This document shows positions 50,641-63,756 of a stretch of 64,000 bases of DNA, in pieces. The position numbers and the translations under genes were made by a program. Position 1 is the stretch's first letter. Each line of letters begins with the position of its first letter. Under the pieces are notes generated by a model. The model ran no database searches. It was not told the origin of the DNA and was given only the letters and a program-made list of their open reading frames with translations. The stretch comes from Octopus bimaculoides (lineage: Eukaryota): positions 172,509,498-172,573,497 of the forward strand of contig NC_068981.1 in NCBI RefSeq assembly GCF_001194135.2. The letters are read 5' to 3'.

Positions 50641-51053
50641 CATCAATATAAGGGAACGGTGAGACACTGCAAGGTTTCAACCTTATTGTGTCTCATTAGT
50701 TAAAGCCTACCAGACTGATGCATCTAACAAGTATACAAGTTCTTGTTTATAGAAATCAGCAGACAAATTACTTGCCGATGCCTGCCAAACAGATAATAAT
50801 TCATGGGGTACACACAGAGAATATATTAAGAATGAATAGTTACATTATTGTTTAGATTACTACTGTTCTGCATGCACCCAATAAATTATTATCTGTTTGA
50901 TAGCATTCATTGGCAAGTAATTTGTTTGAGGATTTCTATATATAAGACCTCATGCTTTTGTTATATTCATCAGTCCAGTAGAGTAGCTTTGACTGAAGAG
51001 ACATGTTATGAGGTTGAAATATTGCAGTGTCTCAAAGTATCCTTACACCAATG
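50641..51053. repeat. Fold-back element (MITE-like), ~190-bp diverged inverted arms with a ~28-nt spacer
   Basis: For example gagacactgca/tgcagtgtctc, caaattacttgcc/ggcaagtaatttg and caaacagataataatt/aattattatctgtttg. Confidence 0.85.
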
Positions 51054-54000
51054 AATGTGTTATAAACATGTATCATCCAAAGGAGATGTTCTCCAATGCA
51101 AATAAATAAGTAAAGAATTCATAAATAAATATAAAAGCAATCAGACATATTCAAGTCTGCCAAAATGTATAAGAATGAACACAGATATTATTGTTTAGAC
51201 TCCCACTGTTCTACATGCAACCTATGGATTTATTTCCTTATTCTTCTAAAGGTGAATTTCATATTACTGTAACATAAAACATTATAGTTTTAAGAGCTAA
51301 TGAATATGAGAAAATTTTAAAGATTCAGAGAATTTTCACTTGGAATTAATACAGTTCTTTGTTAATATAAAAATTTACAGATGACTATATTCCATTTAAC
51401 AAATCAGGTCATTAACATTTTCAAAAATATCTTATAATAGGTTATTTTGTTTAGACCAAAAGAATTTTTTTATTCTAAGCAGATTAAAAAAAAAAAGAAA
51501 GAAAGAAATGCTAAGCACTTATAAAATTTCTACAATTATTCTTTACCTATTGCAAAAGCATTTGCACAAAAAATATTGCATATACTTGCAAGGGAGATAA
51601 TTTCCTTTTTTTTTTTAATGCATGACATGTTTCATTATGTGCTCAGAAAATGCAAAAGAAAATCTTAGTACAAACTTAAGTTACTTAATGATATTAGTGA
51701 TTAGAAATGATTTCTATTAGATATATCCCCTTAATAATGAGGTAACTTTTGATAAGCAACACACTAACATTCAAACCTATTTATCTATTTAATAAAGAAA
51801 AATTTACATCTCATAATAAAATTCCATTGCTTTAATGTTTTACAAAAGTAATTTCCACTCATACAATTTGAAAAATCTTGGCAGATCCCTGTCACATAAA
51901 TTTCAAGAGAAGAAACCAAACAAAAACAATCTTTAATTTTTAAGCTGAGGTTAAAGCTTATGGTCCACAGTAAGTTTTAAAAATAAATACACAATATCCA
52001 TGACTTATAAACTAGAAGTGGTCAAACAAATAAGTTATGAATATATTACGTCATAAAACTGCATAACAATTATAGCTCTGAGGAAGCTATGAGGTGATGC
52101 AAAAGCACTCAGCGACAAGTGCATTACATCTTATAGCAGAAACTGCTGTAAACTAATGAAGTTCACTGCATAATTTCCTGTTCCTTTGTCCTTTATTTAA
52201 TTTCATAAAAATAAATACATAGATGGCATTTTAAACAGTATTAGCAAATTCTTTGTGTTGTGTTCTGAGATTTACAAAGCAATTTTTCCACATATTCCTC
52301 ATCTCAAGAAATAGTCAAATGCCAGATCTTCTTTGGTATATCAATTACACAGCAATAATCATCTGTACATAAGTTTAAAAAAATTTTTCTTTTGTCCAGC
52401 TAGCATAAATATTAAAATGTACCAAATTTTTGCAGCAGCTAATGTCAATAACATCTAGTTGCTTTATGTAGTAACTTACTCAGTTTCCAATATTTTACAT
52501 GCATCTGTATCATATATTTTTCTTGACATGCATTTAAAAAGGCAGTAATAAAGATATAGTTACAAAATCGCCCTCTCCTCTCATTAATCAACACCTAACA
52601 TAATTTAGGTTCATACCCACTAATTTTGAGATATATAGAAATTGAATTTTATGTACTTCAAATATATATGATTGTCATTACAGAAATGTATATTTCCATG
52701 CATCCCTATATCATAGTATCTCATCATCTTTCTGAGGTCTAGTTTAAATATTTCTAATTGCATGAATAGTTTCATATAAGTTAAATTGACTCATCTACAT
52801 AAGGACAGCAATACCATGTCCTTTTTCAACTCAGTAACATCAATTTGAGTTTCATGTGACACTCCACTTCTTACCCTTCAGTTGTCCAGTTTTATCTTCA
52901 CTGGCAATCTTCTCTTTTTAATTTATTTGTTACTTCATCCCTTCTAACCAACAAGCATGCCAATAATCAATGTTTTTATTAGCCATAGATCATAACGAAA
53001 CTAATTTTCCCTCACTTGCAAATATATAAGTAAAAATAAAAAGTCATCTGTTATCAAGAGGTTTATAATTTCATAATGGAAAGTAATTTTTGTATTCTGA
53101 AGAAAAAAAGATGAAGGTAAGTTTTTAAATCTGTTAAGGATTCCTAACATTCAACATAATTTGATTTTTTAAAAATCCTGAAAGGATTTGAAAATATTAA
53201 ATTTCCTACAAGAGGTTTCTTTACTCCGAAACAAAAATAGCATTTATCTTAAAAGCATTGTGCTTTAACATCTTTAAATGTTATTCACAAGTTCGTGGAA
53301 ACAAAATTAATCAGAAAAGGCTTATTAATCAACTTCCAGAGATAAAGAAGCAGATATATTCCTAAATGTAATTCAAGCTTATCACTTGGCAAATAGGGAC
53401 ACTTTTGGTGGACATGAGTGATTATACTCAGTCAAGAGTATCATGTAGGAAGAGGCTAAAAAAAGGTCAACTTGTCCTTTTGGATACCACCACACTAAAG
53501 AGCAACACAATGGAATTTTAAAAAATACAATAGAAAAAAATAATCTGGAGTAATTTATCAAGGTATTTAGTATCTTCATTACTAAGATATTCTAGACGAG
53601 AGAAGGAATTCCAGTCGAGACAATCTACAAGCACCGCATATTAATAAATATCATAATTTTAATAAAAATCATGTGATGCGGATGATGAAAGCAATGTAGT
53701 AACTACTGGTAATAAAGACGATCGTTTCACCTTTGTTTAATGAAATTAACTTAATATTGATGAGCTTTGATAATGCAAAAGAATGAGACAATTTGCAATC
53801 CACGAACGCCAAATCGAATGCAAGAATTTGATTGAGTGTATAGAATATATATATATATAATATACATTACTGTGAATGAATTTTGGTGAAATCAGATGAC
53901 AACACTTGGAATACATTGTAAAGGAAGATTAGACATAATTCGATAAAATCAAATGAATTTGTCCTCAATATAGAATGTACACAAATATATTTAACCCGAT

Positions 54001-54978
54001 TATTATTTCGTTGAAGCAAGAGAGAAATCGATTAGTTCAGCAACTGGGTCAATAAACATCCCACTAGCATTTAACCTAAGACCGACCCAGAGACGAAGAA
54101 CGACGTCCAATCTAAAATACTAGTGATGGAAAAACATCTTCGAGAATGAAATAAATGGAACATGAGATGGCAATGTAGCAACAGTTGACTTAAAATTAAG
54201 TTTGTTAAATTTCTGATATCATTTAATTATGTTCTATAATTAATAATGAAGGTAACAAATGTCAGTATACAAAACAGCAATCCAGATATTGATTTTCAAC
54301 AGATGAATAGATTTTGATTAGAAATGCCTCAACAGTTTACATTAGTCACAATATCGAAAGTAAAGGAATGTTATTACATATTTATTGCAATCAAATTCTC
54401 AGTGATTTGAACGTGAAATTTATGGAACCATTTGGGGGCGGGGTTTTATTAGAAAGACATTTGCAATCACTTCATTTAAGATGAAGAAAAACTAGCAAAA
54501 TCATAATTAAAAGGTCAAATCAGTAAACGGAGCTATAATTTAATAAAAGAAGTGTACAGTTCGATGTTCTAATTTCATGTAAAAGAAATACAATCATTTT
54601 TAATTCAATAGAAAAAATGGGAGTGATACTAATAAACATATTCTTTAGCATAAGAGAAAATCTCCAACTGAAATAAGATTTCACTTGAAACTATATGAAA
54701 AAAAAATCCCTTAACTGGTTTTTATTTAAACATCTTTTCAGATAGTGCAAAATTAAAATCGAAACATCATTTAGTTAAAAAGGAAAGCATAATTTGACAT
54801 TTGACTAAGAAAGATATGCCTTCTGCATCCGACAGGCGTAAGAAAAATTACGCTCAAGAAAATACCAGTAAATATAATTAAAATTCTATAAATTCAGATT
54901 GTTTATTGCTTTCAACAAAACAATAGTAATTGCAGAATGACAAAAATAAATAAATAAATAAAACGTTTAATCACTTAC

Positions 54979-55006
54979 TTTCGTGAACTGCTGATTTGAG
55001 CGCCAT
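54979..55006 (-). CDS. STXBP1: Munc18-1/Sec1 (syntaxin-binding protein 1) coding exon 1, MALKSAVHE(K)
   Basis: Minus strand reads caaaATG GCG CTC AAA TCA GCA GTT CAC GAA A|gtaagt. 28 nt, phase 1, strong donor. Matches the N-terminus of squid neuronal Sec1 as recalled. Confidence 0.93.
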
Positions 55007-55559
55007 TTTGAAGGTTTTTTTCTGAAATCCTCGATCGTAGTAAAATCTGGAATGCTGGGAAAGTCAATCAAATCATAATCAATATACTGATTACACTTAA
55101 TACTTATCTTCACGAATTATAACAAATGAAACGCCTACAATTTCTCTCGCATAAAATTGCTTCTAAAATTAAAGGATTATTTTTTTCAATGAAAGACAAA
55201 AATTTATCAATTTTCTTTCAGGCCCGGAACTGTTTACTGGTTGATATCATTGAGTATTTCGTAAACTTCACTTGCCGGAAACCATCGATTTTAGCCGAAC
55301 TTCATCTTCGTTGTTTTTCAGACTGCGGCGTTTGTCACTATGCGATTACTTGCTACTACTACTACTATTAGTTGTTTTCCTCCTCTTGCTACTACTGCGA
55401 GGAGGAAACAGATGCAGTAGTTGCTGGCTTTACAGTTGTTGTTAGTAAATGGCTGCTGTGTTTTGTTATTCTTTATCTTCGGGCCTTCCGATGTACGATC
55501 TGGTCTTTCCCACTCTGGACTTTGTAGAACATGACGTAAAATAACTACCATCCTTAAAG
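55007..55559. promoter_or_regulatory. Probable bidirectional promoter and 5'UTRs (STXBP1 minus, unknown gene plus)
   Basis: Lies between two divergent ATG-donor exons and is locally enriched in CpG. Two CCGGAA ETS-type cores (55224-55229, 55275-55280) and a TCAGT Inr-like motif on the minus strand (55086-55090). Confidence 0.6.
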
Positions 55560-55584
55560 ATGTCTGGAAAAGCAGAAAAAACAG
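55560..55584 (+). CDS. Putative first coding exon of an unidentified divergent gene, MSGKAEKT + phase-1 G
   Basis: aagATG TCT GGA AAA GCA GAA AAA ACA G|gtaagc: A at -3 and a near-consensus donor, in the CpG-richer segment next to the STXBP1 start. No second exon was identified. Confidence 0.5.
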
Positions 55585-56993
55585 GTAAGCTTCCGAGATC
55601 GGGTAAATAAGAGGATTAAATGTCGAGGACGGAAAAGGTAACGGAATTGAATGAAGCGTCAAGCAACGGGGATATAATATAAATGATACAAGAATAGTAG
55701 TAAATATATGTGTATTTTTTTCACCTGTGTAGATAATTCAAGTAGTAATATATTGGGTGTATACTGCATAAAGAATACTAATTGACTTCATCGATGGCAA
55801 TGAGTGTGAATGTAAATTTCGAAATCCTATCTCCACTGACTAATGCACACTTACACGCACTCACAAATATACATTCATACTTATGTGTGTACGTGTATCT
55901 TTGTATATATAATGAATTCAATATAGTGTGAAAATATATATATATATAAAAAGAAATTGCTCGCTTATTGGGAGTGGCTCAGGTTTTGTTTTATGATGAA
56001 CTGCTAAAATTTAGTTTGTTTAGAAATATATTTAAGTTTGAGCCAACTGTACTTACTCATTAAGGACTATCCGGAACGTTTATATATATANNNNNNNNNN
56101 NNNNNNNNNNNNNNNNNNNNNNNNNNNNNNNNNNNNNNNNNNNNNNNNNNNNNNNNNNNNNNNNNNNNNNNNNNNNNNNNNNNNNNNNNNNNNNNNNNNN
56201 ATATATATATATATATATATATATAGATGTGTGTGTGAGTCTACAGCAGTAGAAAAGTCAGTTTGTACTGTCGGCTGTATTTTACCAAGATTTGATCGTC
56301 GGTTTTAGCCTCATCAAGATAAATGACAATAAAAAATTGGCAGATCAAATTATATGAAAAGAATATTTCTTTACCACCCGTTTTTCACTCTGATTTTTGT
56401 AAAGATCATTAATAATTGACTAGATAGTTTAAATATATATCTTGACAATGAATTTGTATTCACTTATTTTAGATGACGTCTCTGTCTATATTCTCTTAAT
56501 ATGTTCTTGAATTTTTCATTCCCTTCATTATCAATCACTATAATTTGTACGTCTCTAAATAATTAGCTCGAAATTCGTGTTTCTCTCTCTCTCTCTTAAT
56601 CAAGCTTATTCAGTCAGCTATTTTGTCATCGTTTAAATCACTTGTCTTATCAGTACCGGTGATACTAAGAATATATTAAGAAAACAGCTGTTGTTTAGTA
56701 TTAATAAAACCATCATAAAAAAAATAACGTTCCCTAAACTCTCAAAATTAATATATTCTACAGGTTTAACCGAATATCTGAAATTTCGTCTTCCTTGAAG
56801 AGGAAGGGGTGGGCATAAAAAGTAGATCTCTGCTTTAATTTATTGGTAGCTAATTGTGGTTCGGATTACACTGCATTTGATTTCACACTAATTGTCGCTT
56901 CTCAACTAATATATATTTATTAACAGAATAACTGTGTGATCAACTGTTATCACTTAACTCCTGCATTAGTCTTTCAGACTGCTCTGTTGGCTG

Positions 56994-56996
<3 letters not shown>

Positions 56997-57042
<46 letters not shown>
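56997..57042. repeat. (TA)n microsatellite
   Basis: Visible directly in the sequence. Confidence 0.95.
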
Positions 57043-57048
<6 letters not shown>

Positions 57049-60000
57049 ATGTGGAGAAAAGTTGAAAATATCGGTGCCATACAGTCGAAGCGGATATAAT
57101 GTACATGAGGTTAGCTAATCTATTCTGAAGCAAAAGGGAATATTAAAAAGTCCGGTCTCGCTTATTGTCAAATTACTCGTTTTTCGCTTCCACTTCAATC
57201 TTACGTAGTACGTAGGTATTTGCTACTGGTATCAAATGCATTATCCATACATGCATTTGTGCAGACACATGTATGGACACATAGACACAATTGTAATACA
57301 AAATATGCACAAGCCGAAATTAAAATGCTAGTCTTCCGGTTTTCTACTTTTAAGTCTTGTGTGTGTGTGTACTTCAGAGTGCACTTGGTAGGCTTGCGTT
57401 CAGTATTGATACTAGCATATGCGATGTGTTCGTGTGTGAGCATATGTAATATATTTCTGCTGGATACAAATTAAACAGATCGGTTATGAGATTCGGATTG
57501 AGCAAGATACTCTCGGTAGTGCTAGCTTAAAATCAATGTGATTATTATTTTCCCTTATTTCTGTCAGGTTTTAAGCACTGCTTAACATATTGAGACGGAT
57601 AAAAACAAATATTACATTGTCAAGTACTTGACCATTTCTGTCAAAACCCATGCATCGTATCTCTTTGACTTCAATTTTTTATCATGTGTGTTTAAGTCGT
57701 CTGTATCTCATCAGATATGGAACTAACTCCATTTCTAAACTGAAGTAAATTTGTGTCTAGATAATTTCCTTGTTTTCAGCTTCAACTTGATAGATATGTG
57801 TGTGTGTGTGTGTGATTTCATAGAATGTAATTTAAGTGATCCAGGTTGTGTCTACTGTATTTAGCAGTGACACGGAGCTTGACATGAATGAATTACTTGG
57901 TCAGTACCTTATGGTCTTGAGTTCAAATCTATTCGAGATCACTAAGATAGATGCGGAAAGAATTGCTGTGGGTTTCTTTTGATGAATGATGATGGTTCTA
58001 GATAGGATACAACAGTGGAGTTGATACGTACAATAAGCCGGATTACAGATTTTCCCCCATTCCCACTAGATTCAACTTTGCTTCTTTAGAAACGACGGTC
58101 GACGAAGTACCAGTGTAAGATAGTGTTAATTCAATCGGCTACAGCCCTTCTTGCCTTAAAAATGGCTTCATATCTTGTATAAAAACATCAAATCATTGAT
58201 GTGTGTGTGTGCGTAAATATACATGTACGTATGTATGTATACCCAACGAAATGTCAAAGTATGTGTATGCTCATACACGCACACACATACACACACACGC
58301 ACACATATATATATATAACCAATGCCTATAAAACAGGTTCCCTTAATATGACGAATATTCATATTTGTGTAATTGTTTAAATTTTGCATCGACATGTTAC
58401 ATCTCTGTTAGTGTATATGCTAAGTCTAAGCTGACAATTAATATTTCTGTCGAATATTTGATTATTCTCCTATCAGTTATATCATAAAGCGGAAACATCG
58501 ATGAAAGAAAACCAGTCCTTGTTTTGTCTGTTGTTTCTTTCTTTTTTTTCTTTTTAATTTCTTCTTCACCATTATCGTTTTTGTTCGTCAGTAAAGTTTA
58601 GTCAAATACAGAAAGATTTGTCATTATATTATTGTTTGAAGTAGTTAATGTTAATACCACTAGATGATATTTCCGAACAATTCATAGTAGTAGTTTTCTG
58701 TCTAGAAGTGGCAGTATTATAAATGTGCCCTTATTTATTCAGCCTGTCATGGAAATGTGAATTATTACTAGTCTTTTAAGACGTCTTGTTATAATAGAAT
58801 AGATACACATTAAATGAAAATGACCTATTTATTATTCTTTTTGCTTATTATAGTAATCAATATTATATAGAAATATCTAAATATTTTTTGGTGAGTGTCA
58901 GTCCCAAATTATAAAACTTACCTTAGCCAACATTGAATTATTTAAAAATCTCTGTTCTCATTCAGATAGAAATTTTGTTTTTACTGTCCTCAATGACATG
59001 AAATAATAGAGACAGTTAATTAATTTGAACCTCACTGTTGAAATTTATTAAGTATTGCAATGGCTTCATTTGCTTTTGAGATTTACATGTATACATTTGC
59101 CTTAAGTCTAATATATCTCATGTTTTTGAATTTTCTCAGTTTTTTTTTTCTTTTGCCTTGAGCCACTTAAGCTTTATTCTCACTGATTTTTTTTTTCAAT
59201 CTCTTAAGTTATTCATCATATTCTTTGCTAGATTTAACCATTTTCATTTCTATTTTTAAATACATAAACATCCAAAATTCAAGTAGTAAAAGTTTCTCTA
59301 ATTTTGTAAACCGTCAGGTTACTCTAGCAAATACATTTGTCTGCCCTACAATATAATAGGAATAATGAGTGGATAAAAATTGTATAGTGGGCGAAATGCC
59401 AGTTATGAAATGAATCCAGCTGGCAGATACATTCACTGAGCAGACATCAAAAGAATAAATAAGAATTTATTAGAATTTTCTTTCTTTGTAAAATTATAGA
59501 TTTTTTTTTCCTCCTTTTTCCTCCTCAAATTTAAGGAAAGTTTGGTAACAGAAGTTATATCTTTGGTTCAGTATTTGGAGATAAGAAGAAAAAAGAAATT
59601 TAATCCTTCACTAGGAGGTGTGAGCTAAACAGCCAGTTGTCTAGCATAAATACATTTTTAAGATCCCCTTTAAAAAAAAAGGGAGAAAATCTCTAGTTAG
59701 TTGTAATCTTCAATCTGTTGCATATCTATCACTCCCATTAGTTTTAGAATTTTTTTCTATTGTCATGGTGCTTAATTTTGAAACTAAAAATATTACTGAA
59801 TAGATTGAAGTTGATTAAAAAAAAATTTTTGTTAGAATTATTAGTTTGAAGAAATATGAGGATATTTTCACATAATAAAAATTTTCATTTGTTCAGCTAG
59901 AAAAACAAAAGATTTTTGTTAAATTGAACTGATTATCATGACTAATTATATTCCCATAACCTGTTCACTGTATCATGATCATTAATTTCTACAACAAAAG

Positions 60001-62189
60001 ACTATTAAAATGATACTTATAATTATCAAATGTTTATCATAATTTTGACTAATATTTATTTATGAATTCCCTTTTATAATAAGCAAGGTTAAACTGGAAA
60101 ATTTTTCATCTATATTGTTTTTTTTTTCATATCTGAATGTTGTAAATTCAAATGAAGTTTATTTTTGTTTTGAAGGTACTATAGAAATAAATATAAAAAT
60201 TTAAATATTTATAATAGGAAATGAAAGACTGTGTAATCACTTTTTGTTAAAATAGGGATTTCTGATTCAATGAATAGCAGTTGAGAAATAGCAACTAAAA
60301 TCAAAACTTTGAAAGATTGTTCTACATGAAGTGTCAGGGGATTTAAATTCTTGAAATTAATCAGCATTCTGGCCATTTAAGTGTAGCCAAACAAAATATA
60401 CTAATTAATATTTGTTGTAAATAAATTCTCTTAATGGAGTGAAAAGCATCTGTTGATCATGGCATAAGTTCAAATTATATTGACCATTGATTCATAAAAC
60501 TAGATATGGAATACTGGAATATGTGAAAATTTAAATATAGTGTGCTTTTCTCCCACAATTGATCATTATTTAATTATGTTTTATTTAAGGAATAGCAGCA
60601 GTATCTATCTTTGTGAAATTAAGTCAAATCAGCTTCTAGTTTTAATAGTCAAATCTCACTTTTGTAGGCATGTTAAATGAAACTAAATTAGTATGAATTA
60701 TTATATTAAACTATGTTCATTGTGACCTAACATAATTTCTATACTTCATATTTTCTACATTAATTATTACTCTAAATGTTACTGAAATTTATGAAGTTTG
60801 TGCAGTAGTGTTATAGACTGAACAGGCTTTTGATGTAAGTCCAGTTATGCAAACATTTCTAAGTGATCCTTTAAGTTCAAAAATTCAACATGAATGAGAT
60901 GGGCAAAAGTTTTACCATGTTACTCTACATGATACCATACTAAAGACTAAAATGAATCTCAGCTGAGCTGTAACATCTCATAAATTTTAATCCAGTAGGG
61001 TTACCAATGAACTTAATAGACATTTTGCCTAAAGTGGTTTGTTGTATCACATTGTTTATTATAGCTTCCTTGCTATGATCTTACCACAATTATCAAGACA
61101 TGGTCTAAGTTTGTTATCATTACCATCATCATTTAAAGTCCATTTTGCATACTGGCATGGGTTGGATGGTTTGACAAGAGCTAACAGACCAGAGATTACG
61201 ACAAAAAAAATATATATTGTGCCACTGGTGAAGACTACAAGAGATTATTTACTCTTCTAGTTAGCTTAGGATGAACTTTAAGGTGACAAATGACAACCTG
61301 TCTGATTTGCAGTTTTTATGTTGGAGACAAACATTTCATTTAATTTTCTTTGCATTAAAGCAACTTATATTTACAAATTTCAGATTAAGAAACTGTCTTT
61401 AACCTTGCTATCCTGTCATACAATACAACTGTGCTTAATGACCCTTTAACAAATTATAACCGAAAGATCACTAAAATCATTCACATGCTAATCCAGGTCT
61501 TTAAGTTTGCCAACTACTGTAACACACACAACTAGTACTTAATCTGCTGTAATCTTAATTGTTTTGTATTCTTGTTTAAATTTTCCATGCTGGCATGGTT
61601 TAGATGAAATTCATTGAGGCAGATTTTCTATAACTGGATGCTCTTCCTGTTATCAACCTTCACCTGTTTCCAAGCGAGGTAATATTTCCATTAGTCTTCA
61701 AACATGAATAACCTAATGGCTAGATGTGATTTCACTGAAGATTGCAAGCAAATGACACTATTTATTTAAAACCATTTGTTTACAATTCATCTATGATGGC
61801 AAAACAAAGATACACATTCACACACATTATACATAGAATGGATTTCTTTCAATTTCGATCTACCAAATCCACTCAAAGTGTTTGGTCAGCCCAGGCTAAA
61901 GCAGAAGATACATTCCCAAGATAGCACAAAATGGGGCTGATCCTAAACGATGTGATTGTAAAGGGAGCATCTTAACCACACAGGTATACCTGTACCTATC
62001 AGATTGCAATGAATTATATTCTGACATGAACATCAAATAAAGAAAATTTGCATCTTAGAACGACTAATTGCTGTTAAATGAAAGTAATAAATCAATATTT
62101 TTGTCAAGAATGTAGCAAAGGTAGATCTGAAGAGTGAGTTTTAAGTGACATGATGGTGCTTATGATAATTGTCTCTAATGAAGCCAAAA

Positions 62190-62390
62190 AGTCACACATT
62201 GTGGGGTAGTTGGTCAAATAAATAGACCCCCAACACTTGGACTATATTTTATCAATCTCAGAAGGATGAAAGGTAAAGTTGACCATGACAAATTGAACTT
62301 TGAATGAGAAGAGCTGCAACAAATACAACAGAGTATTTTGTCTTATGTCCCAATGATTCAGCCAATGCAAATAATAATGATAATTGTTTT
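62190..62390 (-). mobile_element. tRNA-derived SINE (diverged)
   Basis: gacccccaacacttggactatattttatcaatctcagaaggatgaaaggtaaagttgacc...gaactttgaatgag. Confidence 0.6.
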
Positions 62391-62751
62391 GTAGGAAATT
62401 CAGAGCTGAAAAAAAAAAAATGATTTGCTCATCATGATAGAATTGCTTGATGTCATTCATGTCTCTATTTTTTTTTTTTTTTTTTTTTTCATAATTACAT
62501 CTTAAACAATATGTACATTATATATATGTGTGTGTGTGTGTAAAGGTAAGATCCAAAGATCAAGGTGTAGGAAGTTAGTGAGCTTGAAACAATCTGTAGA
62601 TCTATAAAACAACATTCAGGAACAAGAGCAGTTTATTGGCGAAGGTTGTGAATTTTTCTCATATCAAAGTACGATAAGCTGAAAAAAGTTAATTTTACAG
62701 TTCATGGTTAACAATGGGTTGTATATGTGAACAAATATCCAAAACATTTTG

Positions 62752-62754
<3 letters not shown>

Positions 62755-62805
<51 letters not shown>

Positions 62806-62990
62806 NNNNNNNNNNNNNNNNNNNNNNNNNNNNNNNNNNNNNNNNNNNNNNNNNNNNNNNNNNNNNNNNNNNNNNNNNNNNNNNNNNNNNNNNNNNNNNN
62901 NNNNNNNNNNNNNNNNNNNNNNNNNNNNNNNNNNNNNNNNNNNNNNNNNNNNNNNNNNNNNNNNNNNNNNNNNNNNNNNNNNNNNNNNNN

Positions 62991-63057
<67 letters not shown>

Positions 63058-63243
63058 CATACATATATATATAAATATACACATGTATATATATGTGCAC
63101 ATCATGATGATACATAGATACACACACGCATATATATACACACATATATATATATACAAATATATATATAAATACCAACATATATACACACATAAATATA
63201 TTTTTTTATTTGTTCACACACACACACACACACACACACACAA
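62755..63243. repeat. (TA)n / N gap / (CA)n microsatellite complex
   Basis: TA run, an N gap of ~185 nt, a CA run, then mixed TA/CA. Confidence 0.95.
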
Positions 63244-63756
63244 TGGTGGGTGTTAAAGTAGCTGCTCAACAACTCAAGTGCAGATGTGATATATCCTCGA
63301 CTTTGCAAAAGCCATTGATAAAATCAACCATGGTATGTTATATTACAAACTTCGCAATTTCGGCATTGTCAGAAAACTTGGAGAGTGGCTACATGACTTT
63401 CTAAAAGATAGACGTCAGGCAATGGTGGCCAATGGAAATACTTCAGAGGAAACACAAATAGTAAGTAGTGTTCTATGGGGCACTCTCTTAGGGCCACTGC
63501 TATTCATAATGGCCCTCTCAGACATGCCATCAGCTGCTCAGATAACCACTCTCACTAGTTATGCAGATAACACAAAAGTCTTTAAGATGATTCAGAACCT
63601 TGGAAATATTGGGCATCTGCAACAGACGTTGGACGCCATATACAGGTGGGCCGAGAAAAATAACATGCCATTGGATGCTGGAAAATTCCAAGCTCTAAGC
63701 AGCAAGCACACAAAGCTGAATGGCATGCAAACAAGATATACTGGTCCAAGAGGAAT
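63244..63756 (+). mobile_element. CR1/L2-like LINE RT fragment
   Basis: DFAKAIDKINHGMLYYKL (frameshifted) ... GTLLGPLLFIMALSDMP ... SYADNTK ... LQQTLDAIYRWAEKNNM. Ends at an RTE-tail insertion. Confidence 0.9.

Noticed and set aside
56290-56322. Minus-strand TTGATGAGGCTAAAACCGACGATC, a possible decayed hammerhead
   Set aside because: Both cores are damaged and no convincing stem I can be drawn.
59537-59618. Candidate second exon of the divergent plus-strand gene
   Set aside because: In the required phase 1 it hits a stop (GKFGNRSYIFGSVFGDKKKKEI*); the open frame is phase 0 with a weak donor. The candidates at 57568 and 60817 also fail in phase 1.
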